A stretch of 64,000 bases of DNA from positions 9,471,627-9,535,626 of the forward strand of contig MU058423.1 in assembly GCA_013265495.1 (NCBI GenBank). The letters run 5' to 3'. The notes under the pieces were generated by a model. The model did no database searches. It saw only the letters and a list, made by a program, of their open reading frames with translations, and was not told where the DNA came from. Numbering within the stretch: position 1 is the stretch's first letter; every line of letters starts with the position of its first letter. Shown in pieces: positions 1 to 11,280 of this stretch. Origin of the DNA: Vicugna vicugna. Taxonomy: Eukaryota. The position numbers were made by a program, and so were the translations under genes.

Positions 1-330
1 TTTAAAACGTCTCCGGAAACAGGGGGCCCTCCCTCTCTTGTCAGTCGTCCCTACTCTGTAGCTGGCCAGTCGCTGTCCCCAGAGGGTGGGAGGACAGCCA
101 GCCTCAGACACATGAACCCACAGTGAGCCCCGTGGAGCCGGGGCGGGGGAGGGAGGAACGACAGGTGCTGGGGGGCGGGCGCAGGCGGGACCGTGCGCTC
201 ACAGCCAGGGGTCAGGGAACGCGGGCGAACTACCTGCACAGCGAACTCATTAAGTTTCATGTTCTTTTCCAGAGCTTTCGTCTTTGTTTCTGTATGAGTG
301 GCGGACACCCACGGTCACGCTTGATTATAG
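1..330. promoter_or_regulatory. GC/CpG-rich segment, likely the edge of a CpG island or promoter-proximal region
   Basis: Dense CpGs and GC boxes (gggcgg near 142 and 173) and G-runs, against an otherwise CpG-poor window. A further CpG patch lies at ~780-900. No TSS is identifiable. Confidence 0.5.
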
Positions 331-1499
331 TACTGCCTTCTTCGTTACCAAGGCAGCTTTATTACTGAAACTTGGTGAAGTATTATAAAGAAGATAGTCA
401 TCATGTATCATGAAACAGCCCCAGTGAGGGAAAATACATTCTTAATAAAAGAGAAATGAGGATTTAGACCAAGTTTTCTCGCCCCTAAATACTGCTGCCT
501 TTGTGATGCAGCACGAAGTTGGAAGGCAGAGGGGAGGGAATTTGGAATACAATTTTTAGTTCAACTATGGTTTCAGCACAAGGGTAAATGCAGGGTGTTG
601 AGGTTAATTAGCACTGAAATGACTTTGGCCGTAGCCACTTGAGTAATAGCTGTTACAGGGCCTGGCACTTCCTGAGGAGGAGGAGAGGAGTTGACAGTTC
701 CTAAAATCCTCCCCGCCTCCGGGTGGTTAATCCTCAGGAAGCACCTTTGTTGAGTCATTACTGCTACGACTGAGATGGCAGGGCGCGGTGCTGACTTAAA
801 AGCCAGTGCGTACAGCACCGCGCTGTGCCCTGCGTGCTCGCCCTCCAGGGTTTCTTTGGGGAAACCTGCCCCATCCTAGTCCCGTTCTTGATGGCGGATT
901 CTTGGCATGATGTGATGCTCTCTTTTAGGAGTTTAGGGTGTCACTGATGTGCACTAACGTGCAGAACTTGAGTGCAGTTTGGAAGACAGGACAAGAAAAG
1001 GGATTTCTGTCTTGAAGTATCAGCACAGAAGATGCATGTGTTATATTCATTGTGCTTTATCCTTTACGAAGTGATCCCATCCCTCACTCTGCAACACTAG
1101 AACTTCATTTCTTTACACAGTTATTTCTCTCTTTCATTTTCTACAGTTGCCTTGTCCTGACTTGCTCACTTCATTAGAAAAGGCCTATTTATAACACATA
1201 TAGCTTAGTGTGGATTGGAAACCCTGACTCATCCGGCCTCACTTTTAATAACTACCCAGACTGAATATTCGCCCCCTGACAGTGCTCAGTCTTTGCTATG
1301 GGAAAGGGACAGTGACCATATTTTAGTTCCAAGGCACTAGTAAGAGCTAGAAGTCATTTTGAAAATAATAAAACAATAAAATGCTTAGCCTGTATCTTGG
1401 AGACATTTTCCACCCCTTAAGATACATTCTCAAATGTCACATAATAGTGATGATAACATTTAGTGAGAACTTGGTTTACACCCAATGGTGTAAAGTCTT

Positions 1500-1641
1500 T
1501 TTGGGAGGAGGGAGGGGGGAGGTAATTAGAGTCATTCATTCATTCATTCATTCATTCATTTATAGTGGAGGTACCAGGGATTGAACCCAGGGCCACATGC
1601 ATGCTGACCATGCACTCTACCACTGAGCGACACCCTCCTCC
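1500..1641 (-). mobile_element. Camelid tRNA-derived SINE (Vic-1 type)
   Basis: Minus strand reads ggagggtgtcgctcagtggtagagtgcatg...ggttcaatccctggtacctcc (Pol III A and B boxes) with a simple-repeat tail. 14-bp TSD tggtgtaaa(g/t)tctt at 1486-1499 and 1642-1655. Confidence 0.9.
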
Positions 1642-2431
1642 TGGTGTAAATTCTTGACGTATATTGACACACGATTTTCAGAACAACCTGGTGCGCTAAG
1701 TCCTATTAGCGATAGCTCAAGGGAAGGGCTGAATGGCTAGTGATCTGGCCATTCATTTAATACACAGAGCAAGAGTTAAAGGAGGGAGTTTGATTCTGAA
1801 CATCATGTGGTGGCTGCCTTCTGGGATCTAGCTGCCCTGGCACAAGATTCTTTTCTGGGGACAATGGCAAAGCCTGTGAGAATTAAAGAAGTAAAAATCT
1901 GAGCTGCAAGTCTGGGGAAGCACCATGGCCATGACTGTGATCTGGTCCAGTACGGGTGTCACCTTCGCAGTGGCTGGTTGTCTTTTAGGTAGTGCAGGGA
2001 CTCTGTGACAGTGAACCACGTTACGGTGCTAGCAGACTGATGGGCCGTGCCATTCTCTCCTTCTGTTAGTATTTGGAAGAACAAACGAATGCTGAATTGA
2101 ATTGTGAAAACTCTTACAATTCTTGGACAAGTCAGGATTAGGATGGGATGCCATTTTTATGAGAGAGATGCCAGACTTTCTGCTAGGGCAGATACCGTTT
2201 CTAGCAATAAGTTGAAAGGTAAAGGAGATATGACCATACTTATGCCAGAAGATGGAAGAGGGTCTTACCTCTATGAATTTACATTTCTATGAGTTACTGC
2301 CTTGTCCAGAAATCTCCAAAGACTGCCCATTACATATGGTATCAAGCCTAAATTCCTCATGCCAGCCTCCGATGTACCTCACTTCTAGCTGTTCTTTTGG
2401 GATCCAACAGGGCTCTTCTGCTGACTCTGTA

Positions 2432-2938
2432 AAGATCTTCTCCAATGTATGATGGGGTTATGTGCTGGTAAACCCATTGCAAACAGAAAACACTGTAAGT
2501 TGAAAATACATTCAATGCACCTAACCTACCAAACATCATAGCTTAACATAGCCTACCTTAAACGTACTCAAAACATTTGCATTAGTCTACCATTAGATAA
2601 AATCATCTAACTCAAAGCCTATTTTATAGTAAAGTCTTGAATATCTCATGCAATGTATTGAGTACCGTAGCAAAAGCGAAAAACAGAATGGTTGTATGGG
2701 TACAGAACGGTGGTGTGTGTATCTGCCCTTTACTCTCGTGATCGCGGGGCTGACTGGGAGCCGCGGTTCGATGCCCCTGCCCAGCATCAGGAGAGAGTGT
2801 CTGTTGCATAAAGCTAGCCTGGGAAAAGATCAAAATTCACAGCTCGAAATATGGTTTCTACTGAATGCATATCGTTTTTGCACCACCATGAAGTTGAAAA
2901 ATTGTTAAGTAGAACCATTGTAAGTCAGAGGCCGCCTG
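2432..2938 (+). mobile_element. MER47/Tigger5-family non-autonomous Tc1/mariner DNA transposon
   Basis: Matches the recalled MER47 consensus (gatggggtta...cctaacctaccaaacatcatagctta...ggtttctactgaatgc...aaccattgtaagtc) and is flanked by TA on both sides. Confidence 0.85.
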
Positions 2939-3309
2939 TAGACTCATTTCTGTTTCCAAAATATGCTGTACTTCCCGACTTGGAGTTTTGCTCATGATTT
3001 CCTCTGTAGCCTCCAAAAGGAATAATTCTTTCCCTCCCACTGTGTGAATTGTACTCCGCCTCCACTAAACCCCCTGCTCTTCATGAAGGTGTTCTTTACT
3101 GCATACTAATCTCTTCCCTCGCTAAATTCCTGTTGCCTTTACTTTTCACGCTGTTCCTTTGTTTCCATGAGAATCAAGTGCTAGTTATCATTAATTACCT
3201 ACTTTGTATATTTATATCTTTTCTTTTTAACAAAGCTTTAAATTCTGAGAGGACTGAACTACAGAACTTCTTTTGTGTTCTCCACATGGCAACTTTGATA
3301 CAAAGGAAG

Positions 3310-3530
3310 GAAAGCTGTGCATTGAATCGGAAGACCTGAATTTCAGTCCTGGCTCTGCCGTTTCCTGGTTGTGACCTTAGGTGACCTTTTCAAGCCTCAG
3401 CTTCTTCATCTGTAAAATGGAACTAATGAGAACAATCTCACAGGTTTACTATGAAAATGAAACATGACAGGGTATGTGAAATAAGTGTGCACAGGCCAGA
3501 CACATGTAAAGCATTAGGAATATTTGCTCA
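3310..3530 (+). mobile_element. MIR SINE
   Basis: MIR core: agacctgaatttcagtcctggctctgcc...tgtgacctt...gcctcagcttcttcatctgtaaaatgg. Confidence 0.8.
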
Positions 3531-4040
3531 TACAATCCTTTTTAAATGAATGACTGGTGCACAACCATACTCTTCTAATCACAGGAATTCATGCCATTTC
3601 AGTACCTACCTTTACTGGGAATGGCAGAATATCTCAGGTTACTTAGACTTCATTTTAAACTCTGTGAAAATCATGACCTTCCTTCTAAGCATCCTTTGTT
3701 TTCCTGTGCAGACTGGACCCTGCTGTTAGTCACAGCAGGGATGTGCTGTCTGTCATCTTCAAGTTCTTTTCCCTGCTGATCTCCTACGTTTCCAGTTTTG
3801 CTGTATTTCTTACCTTTTGCTGCAAACAAATCACTTCAAAATTTAGTGGCTTGAAATAGTAATCATTGTTTATTATCTCTCATTGTTTCGTGGGTCAGGA
3901 ACTTAGGAGCATCTCCTGACATTGTCATCAGATGTCAGGCTTGTCTCCCATCACCTAAGGGTTTATCAGGGGCTGGGAGATCTACTTCCAAGAGGGTTTT
4001 CTCACAGAGCTGTTGCTCAGGGACCTCAGTTCCCCCCACA

Positions 4041-5082
4041 GGGGGAGGGAAAATCTTCTTTCCTTCTAAGTTCTCAACCATATCAGAAATGTGCTATCTA
4101 CTGCCTTCTAGGTTCTAGGCTGGGCCCCCCTCACAACAGACAGATTAACAAGAGAAGAACAAAGAGAAGTTTACTAACATGTATATTGTTGGGGAGAAAA
4201 ATTTTTCTTCCTTTACCTGCCCAGGTTCTGTGGCTGTTCTGATGATCAAATTGACATAAGACAGACTAATCAGAGAAAAACAGATTTAATGACATATATA
4301 CGGGGGCCCCACAAAGACGATGAGACCTAAGGGCAAGTCTGGCAGTTGAGGCTTACCCATCCTCTTGAACTAAGGCATGGGACAGGGGCCTGGGCCTTCA
4401 AAGGGGAGGAGGGTTATTACAGGACAATAAAAAGAGCAAATGTTTGGTAATTAGATGTTGTCCTGCCATCCAGGTAGGCCATTCAGGTAAAAAGTTGTCT
4501 CTGGTAATAGCTCTCTTTCTGGGCTAGGCCCCCTGTCTAAATTCTTTTAGGTTGTTGAGGGAGAGGTAAAAGTTTTCTTGAGTCGGCTGGGTCTTGATTG
4601 CTTTCAGCTCAAAATAGTCCACATGCCACAGTGGCACATTTTGGGGGGGCTCATTCTGAACCCCTTCAAGATCTTATATACACGTGGGGGAAATTTAGGG
4701 GTGGGCAATTCAAAGAAGTGGCTAGAAATGGGGCATAAATACTATCTTCAGCTAAAGCAAAGAAAAAGCCACGTGGGGGAGGCCTGTCACGGGATGGTAG
4801 CCAGGAAAAGCACACTAGTAAACAAGGGTACGTTTTGTTATGCAGATGTACCTTCTCCATTGGTAAAAGTGTTTCCTTTCGCAGTTGAGTATCCTTCTCT
4901 TCCCGGTACAAATAGGGACATAACTTTACAAATCGCGATTTTTTTTTTTAATAAATTTAAACATCCCTTACAAAAGGGTAACTTCTATTCTATTTTCAGA
5001 GCTTCTCCTGTGTCTGGTATTTCTCAAAATAATTCTTATGCAAAAGAGGCATATTTTGAGGAGGCATATTCTGGTCTCCTAC
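4041..5082 (-). mobile_element. ERV1 solo LTR, MER34A/B-like (outer element)
   Basis: Minus strand starts tgtaggagaccagaatatgcctcctcaaaatatgcctc...gagaagctctgaaaa. Interrupted at 4187-4668. Confidence 0.75.
4187..4668 (-). mobile_element. ERV1 solo LTR, MER34/MER39-like (inner, nested element)
   Basis: TG...CA termini; minus strand reads tgaaggggttcagaatgagcccccccaaaatgtgccactgtggcatg...tttttctccccaaca. Imperfect 4-bp TSD atat/agat. Confidence 0.75.
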
Positions 5083-5306
5083 ATTAAGACAGCTGGCTTC
5101 CCCCAGAGCAAATGAACCAAGAGACCACCAGGGAAGCTGAAATGCTTCTTATGACCTAGTCTTAGATGTCACACACTGTGACTTCTGACATATTGTACCG
5201 ATCACACAAGGGCAGACTTTATTCATTATAAGTGGGGGGAGATGTTACGGCATGAATTCGTGGAGATGAGCATCACTGGAGGCCATCTCTGAGACTGGTT
5301 ACCACA

Positions 5307-7280
5307 GTTCCCCTTCTGGTCCCCAGTGGTTCATGTCCCTTCCACTTAAGAAATATACTGTTCCCCTTCCACAAGACCCCTAAATCTCATGCCATTACAA
5401 CATCAGCTCAAAGACCAAAATTGCAACAACTAAGTCAGATCTGGGCACAGGTCGTTGAACATTGTTCTTGTAGATCTGAAAACTGGTGAGCAAGTTTCTG
5501 TCCTCCTCGATGCCCAATATCCAATAGTCATTAGAAAGGCATAGGGTAATAGCAATCACAACTCTTCAAAATGGGAGAAAAGGGGAATCACACAGAGTCA
5601 CTGGTCTGTGGCAGCTGTGCGCCCAGCCAGGAGCACAGCGCCAGTTCCTGGATGAGGGCTCAATGAGGCTCACCTCTGCTGCCTGGGAGGATTCTCCAAG
5701 ACTCCAGTCTGTGCTCTCTGGGCTTGATTCTTCCTTCTGAGTCTTCCTTTTTTTTTCCTTCATAAAAAAATGGCCAGTATTTGCCCCTGAGTGGTTTTCT
5801 CAACCTGCTTCTTACCTATAGTGGTTTGGGGATCCAAAGGCCTCTCATTTTGTACTGCCTCAGTCCCTTAATTCATGAAGACATATTTTTTTTTTTAACA
5901 TTTTGTGGGTTCTTAATGAATAAATTTATAGTCCACTTTAGTAGACAAAAGCTACATGTAAGTATCTTTTCAAGATAAGACCCTCTTCACCTTGATCTTC
6001 CTATGAGGTCACTGAGAGACATGGCTTTAAGGGTTTCAGAGAGATTTTTGTTTCAAGGAGTGAATTTGCGAGACGTTGTCTTAGACCTCAGAGGACCTTT
6101 TGTCTGACTGAACAGTTTTTCCAGTGAGAGCCTCAGATCTTTCTAAGGCCTTAAGAAAGGATCTCACAATTGTTCACTGTATTTGATCTCTGTTCTGAAG
6201 CCATTTCTTAGTTTGAGAAGCTTGGAAGGGCTGAGGACGAGAAGGTTTCATTTTTGAACTCAGCAAGTCTTGGCTTCTTTATCCTTAAATGGTGATCTTC
6301 AGTGCATCTTTCCTTTCACATTTTACTGTGAGGAGCAAAGGCAGCCAGGTGGCACTTTCAGCACCCCGCCTGGAAGCCTCCTTCGCTAGATCATCCAGTT
6401 CATCAGGTACATTGTCTACTTTGCCCATCACTGCTGGCAGCAGACTGCTAAATTTCCTGCCTACATAACAAGGACACTCTTTCCTCCAACTTTCAGTAAC
6501 ATTTTCCACATTTTCTTTTTAAACGAGGCTTTGTTTTTAAACAATTTTACTGTCACAGCAAAATTGTACAGAAAGTACAGAGAGTCCTCATGTGCCCACT
6601 GTCCCCACACAGGCACAGCTTCCCCATTATCAACATCCCCCACCACAGGGATACATTTGTTACAACTGATGAACTGACATTGACATACCATCACCCAAAG
6701 TTCACAGTTTACGTTAGGATTCACTCTTGGTGTTGTTAGTCTGTGGGTTTGGAAACATGTGTAGTAACTTGTACCACCACTATAGTATCAGGAAGCGTGG
6801 TTTCACGGCCCCAAAGTCCTCTGTGCTCCATCTGTTCACTCCTCCCTTCCCCCAGCCTCTGGCAACCACTGAGCTTTTTACTGTCTCCATAGTTTTGCCT
6901 TTTCCAGAAGGTCGTACACTTGCAGTCATACCATATGTAGGTTTTCCAGATTGGCTTCTTTCACTTGGTAATATGCATTTAAAGTTCCTCCATGTCTTTT
7001 CATGGCTTGATAGTTCATTTTTTTTTTAAAGTGTAATAATATTCCATTGTCTGGATGTACCGCAGTTTATCTATCCATTCACTCACTTTCTTTTAAACCC
7101 TCATTGAAAGCCTCCATGAAGCACATGGGGTTTTCATTAGCAGTCTCTTCGAAGTCCTTTAGGCTCTCACTGGCATTCTTCTCAAGATCCGTCCAGTTTC
7201 TGCCTGTCACCCATCTCGAGTCACTCTCCCATGTTGTACATTTTTGTTGTTGTAGTATGCCATTTCCAGGTGCTTAAACC
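5307..7280 (-). mobile_element. MaLR internal region (MLT1-int) with decayed gag-like ORF
   Basis: ORF 6285..6509(-) ENVTESWRKECPCYV...VMGKVDNVPDELDDLAKEASR resembles the MaLR ORF. PPT at the 5307 end and PBS-like ccatttccaggtgc at ~7260-7280. Interrupted by an L1. Confidence 0.8.
6520..7086 (-). mobile_element. L1MC1-like 3' end nested in MLT1-int
   Basis: Characteristic L1MC 3' UTR (cacagcaaaattg...atcaacatcccccaccac...ctggcaaccactg...cttctttcacttggtaatatgcattt). A tttctttt(t)aaac motif recurs at both edges. Confidence 0.85.
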
Positions 7281-7941
7281 TGGGTCAGTTAGGATTTGAT
7301 CAGAGAACCACTATCTGCCCCTCTCTATCATCTATACAATCGATATTTGTCTCTATATCCTTTAGTATATAAAAATCAGTACACATACTATAAAGGGATT
7401 TACTTCAGGGACTTGATCTTGTGCATTTGTAGGAGCTGACTGCACAATTTATATGAAGCTTTTGTTTCTTTGTCTGGTAGTGGAACCCAAAGTTTGCAGG
7501 ACAGGCAGCTGAGAAGGGACGATAACATGCAATGGTCCTAAAGTCAAACGGCACTGACTTTCTGACTCTAAGCCTTTAACTCGGGTGATGGGCTTATCCT
7601 GCAAGAGAAGCTGGCACCTTTCGTCACAGGGATAAACATGCACCTGGCCCAGGATTTGGAAAAGCTGCAGCAGGAGATCTAGCAGGAGCTGGAGAAGTTG
7701 TGCTCTTGGCTGCTGCCAGGGGCCAACCAGGGGGCAGCACACAAGGACAGTGTCCAGGAGCCTCAGCAGTGCCTTGAGCCTGGCTCTGACCTTTGCAGCA
7801 CAAATGGAAGATGGCTCCTCTTTCTCTGTCACCTTTTAAATGTTATACAAATGTCTTTTGTGCTCCAGACTCACCCGGTCCTGTGTAGGGAAGGAAATTC
7901 TTGGAAATTTACTTCAATTGACGTAATACAAATTCACTACA
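7281..7941 (-). mobile_element. ERVL LTR (MLT2E/F-like) carrying an APOA4-like fragment, located where the MLT1 provirus 5' LTR should be
   Basis: + strand starts tgggtcagttaggatttgatcagaga and ends gtagggaaggaaattcttggaaatt...ttgacgtaatacaaattcactaca. Homologous to 20997-21621. Confidence 0.75.
7599..7790 (+). pseudogene. Decayed apolipoprotein A-IV (APOA4)-like coding fragment inside an LTR (not the APOA4 gene)
   Basis: Translates as LQEKLAPFVTGINMHLAQDLEKLQQEI*QELEKLCSWLLPGANQGAAHKDSVQEPQQCLEPGSD. By eye about half identical to recalled human APOA4 [65 protein letters not shown]. In-frame TAG at 7680. Confidence 0.8.
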
Positions 7942-8239
7942 CTTGCCTACACTCTACCTTGTCTTCCCCCCACCCCATCTGTTCTTTATATCTTAACTCA
8001 GGGACCATAACATGAGATGCAAAATTTTTCACACTGGATTAACTAAATTCAATTGAATCTTTGTTATTACAGGACATTTTTTTTTCACTTGTTGAACTCT
8101 TATTTAATTCTCATTTAATTCCTCACAGCAGCTGTTTTAGACTTTTTCTAAACCCTTATTATTTTTCAAACCCTGACTATTGCCTCATGCTTCTTCTCCT
8201 ATTACCAATGACAAATAAAGTGAAGGGATATAGGATAGA

Positions 8240-8395
8240 CTGGTGGTTCTCAAACTTTGATATGACTGAGACTCAGCTGAAGGCCTTATTATGACAGAAA
8301 TTGCTGGGCCCCACCCTCTGTGTTTCTGAATCAGTAGGTCTAGGTAGAGCCTGAGAATGTACATCTAACAAGTTCCCAGGTGATGCTAGACTCCA
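8240..8395. mobile_element. MER5A-like hAT-Charlie MITE
   Basis: gtggttctcaaactt...ttgctgggccccaccc...tctgaatcagtaggtct...ctaacaagttcccaggtgatgct. Confidence 0.8.
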
Positions 8396-8598
8396 GAAGT
8401 CTTTAGTGATGAACTAGGGATGGGGGAGTGCTGAGCTTGGTGCTATGGTAAGAATGAGATTTGGGAGGAAGACCAACGTGTTTTAAACATTTGAACGGCT
8501 CCCTTGGCCCTCGTATCACACACCCTGCTACAGCCAGGTTTACCTCTGTGAGTTTCTAAGAAGATCTCAAGACTGTTTCATGTGTATTTTGGTTTTGG

Positions 8599-8626
8599 CA
8601 AAACAAAACAAAACAAAACAAAACAA
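8599..8626 (+). repeat. (CAAAA)n microsatellite
   Basis: Direct sequence. Confidence 0.9.
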
Positions 8627-9059
8627 GACGTATTCTAACAATTGCGTATCCAGACCCTTGACAAAATGGTGAAGACACGAGGCAAAGAAGTTCAAATCTT
8701 GTCAACTTGGTGTAGCCATCTGGAAATTACTTTGCTGTGCAATATTTTATATTTGTGGCAGCTGACATCAGCCCCCTGGTCCTGCAATCTGTTGATGTTT
8801 AGACATGTGATGTCCTATAAATGCTGCAAATCCCTGGGGGAAATTTTTATACTTTAAAAGTATTATTTTCCTAATCTTTATCCAAATGTGGGGAGAATGT
8901 TTATTCTCATTGTATCTGAGATTGTCATCTACATTGGAGTCTTTTGCTTCTCTAATATATTGAGTGGATTCTGAGGCAAGCGAGCAAGAGGCAGTTTCAG
9001 CAAAGGGCACAGACAGGTAGAATAAGCTTTAGAGCGGCCTCAGTTCCTAACGAAGGGAA

Positions 9060-9220
9060 CATGAGTCCTGGGAGTCAGGAGACAAACTCTAGCTCCAAGC
9101 CTGCAATTAACATGCTGCAAGATTTGATCGAATCACTTAAATCATCCGGTCTCGGTTTTCTGAACTGTAAAATAAAGGGTATGGATGAGATAATTACAAA
9201 GGTTCTAAGTCTAAAATTCA
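9060..9220 (+). mobile_element. MIR/MIR3 SINE fragment
   Basis: gggagtcaggagac...aatcacttaa...ctcggttttctgaactgtaaaataaaggg. Confidence 0.6.
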
Positions 9221-9808
9221 ATGATAATTTTAATGGAAAACAGGTTCATTAAGTAACAGGATTGATGTCTTTACTCTGGGAAGTAATATTGGTAATACTA
9301 GTCATAGTCATATCATATGAACAAATTTACAAAATAGATTGAAATAACCTATTGTAGCTTGAGAACTTTGATCAGAGTCTTACAGGACAAGCTAATCTTC
9401 TAACTGGTTTTAAGCGAATTGAACTTTCTGAGGTAGGTTGAGAGAGCCGGCTCTAAGGCTGTGCACCCTGGCACACCAGTCTCTTATTTAATATGATTTC
9501 CTCTCAAGGGCCAATGTCAACAATCAAGTGCACACAATGAAAGCCATTGAGTCAAAGTTTCAATGCACCAGTGACTGTGGCAGGGTAAATTTTGATGGTG
9601 GAATTTGATAAATCATCTAGATTGTTTGCTTATGACCTTCATCAACTGAAACTTAATTATAAATAGCTCTGAACAAATCTGACATTGAATGTCCTCTGTG
9701 AAGGCATCCTTTTGGAATTTAATTACATCATTTGGTGATAATAATAGCATGAAACAATTTTTAATCTAATTTCTTCAGTATAAAGACATTAAAAATTTAG
9801 ATTTTTTT

Positions 9809-10019
9809 CAGTTAATTGTATTTTTATATATATTTTTATTTTATACCATTTTAAAGGTTACTTTCCATTTACAGTTATTACTGTAAATATTAGCTATATT
9901 CCCAGTGTTGAACAACATATCTTTGAGCTTATCTTACACCCAATAGTTTGTGCCTCCCACTCCCCCACTTCTCTGTTGCCCCTCCCCTGTGATGGTAATC
10001 CCTAGTTTGTTCTTTATAG
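9809..10019 (-). mobile_element. 5'-truncated artiodactyl-type L1 3' end
   Basis: L1 3' UTR motifs (ttttaaaggttactttccatttacagttatta...ctagtttgttct). 17-bp TSD aaaatttagattttttt at 9792-9808 and 10020-10036. Confidence 0.8.
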
Positions 10020-11102
10020 AAAATTTAGATTTTTTTAAATGGAGTAAACCATATTATTTAGTAGTCCCAGGAATGGTGATTAATTCAAATATAATTTTTT
10101 TCCCAAGGAGAAGTAAAGATTTATAAGCAAAATTTAGATTAAAAAAAAACTGTCTTCTTATTTCTACCATCTTAAATAGTGAGCAGAAGGAGAAGCCCAC
10201 GGCAGCCCGCCCAGGAGGGAGAGGCACAGATTTCCAGGGCTGCGGTGAGGCAGCGAGGGCAGTTCTGGAAAAAACTGTGAATAAAGGTTGTTTCTGATGC
10301 TCTTCCACTATCTCTTTTTATTCATTTTTCAAACAATTTAGTAAGGATCTGCCAAGTGTAAAGAACCTGTATGCTGGAACCTAGTCTCAATCCCTTTGTG
10401 TTTTTCAGCTAGGATAGAAATACATGTGATGAATTTTGATGGCAACATGACAAAGTAGAAGAGAGCCCTGAAGTGAAAATGGTCCAAAAAGAGAGGACTT
10501 AAGGAGTCTTTAAAGTCTTAGTCACCCCAGGGTGTGTGTATTTATACACAGAACAGTTCCACAATAATACTAAGTATGTACCATGTTCTAGGTTTTTTTT
10601 TTTCTGACTTTAAAAAAACTCGCAGAGAGGTATTATTATCACCACTATTTGAATTAAAAAAAATAACTGACCTTTAGTGTGTAAATTATCCTGGTGAGTA
10701 GTGAATATGAGACTCACACCCAAATTTCCTATTGCCAAATCTCATCCATAACACCTTGTTCTCTCTGATTTCACGTCTGGGAACAGATTACTAGATGTAG
10801 CACCTTAAATCAGAAGCCTCTTCATTAATCTGGACCATTAGAAAGGTCCAATCTAAATATAAACACTGCAAAGAAGCTTTTAGGCTATAACACCCCTCCC
10901 CACTCTTCCCCTCTCCTCCCCGCTCTGCCCCTCCCCTCATCCCTGACAAATAAGGAGAGAGGAATTTACAGAACTGTAGTCTTTGCAGAACCAAGCTGGC
11001 TGATTCAGGAGGCTATAACCCTAAAAATAGATTCTGCTAGGAGAAAAAAATATGTACAGTGTCCTTGCAGGGTCTCGATTAGTTATTAAAATTTGATTTT
11101 GA

Positions 11103-11280
11103 CAGGACTGGTTACATAATTTTCAGGGTTCAGTGCAAAATGAAAATGAGAGGGCTCTTAATTCAAAAGTTACTAAGAATTTCAAGACAGAGACAGCAGA
11201 GCACTGAATGAAATGTGAGGCCTCTTTAAGTGTGGAGACTGTGACCACACACAGTTTGCACACCTGTGAAGTTGGTCCTG
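11103..11280 (-). mobile_element. MER45A-like hAT-Tip100 MITE
   Basis: TIRs caggactgg...ttggtcctg; internal agtgcaaaatgaaaatg...aagaatttcaagac. Confidence 0.8.

Larger units (their letters stand above)
3802..5306 (-). mobile_element. MaLR MLT1 (MLT1H-like) LTR, the 3' LTR of a provirus, split by nested ERV1 LTRs
   Basis: On + it begins tgtatt...aaaatttagtggcttgaaa, resumes at 5083 (agctggcttcccccagagc...tatgacctag) and ends ggccatctctgagactggttaccaca. The reverse PPT gttccccttctgg follows directly. Confidence 0.85.

Noticed and set aside
230..240. ctacctgcac, complementary to the 3' end of miR-17/20/106-family microRNAs
   Set aside because: Only 10 nt, with no seed region or hairpin.
1560..1641. 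tRNA-like sequence (also at 36865-36944)
   Set aside because: It is the SINE head with a simple-repeat tail (and a TSD in the first copy), not a functional tRNA gene.
4578..5087. Longest ORF in the track (169 aa)
   Set aside because: It lies antisense across two nested ERV1 LTRs; a chance ORF.
7449..7832. 127-aa Leu/Gln-rich minus-strand ORF
   Set aside because: It is the antisense shadow of the APOA4-like frame within the LTR, not a gene.
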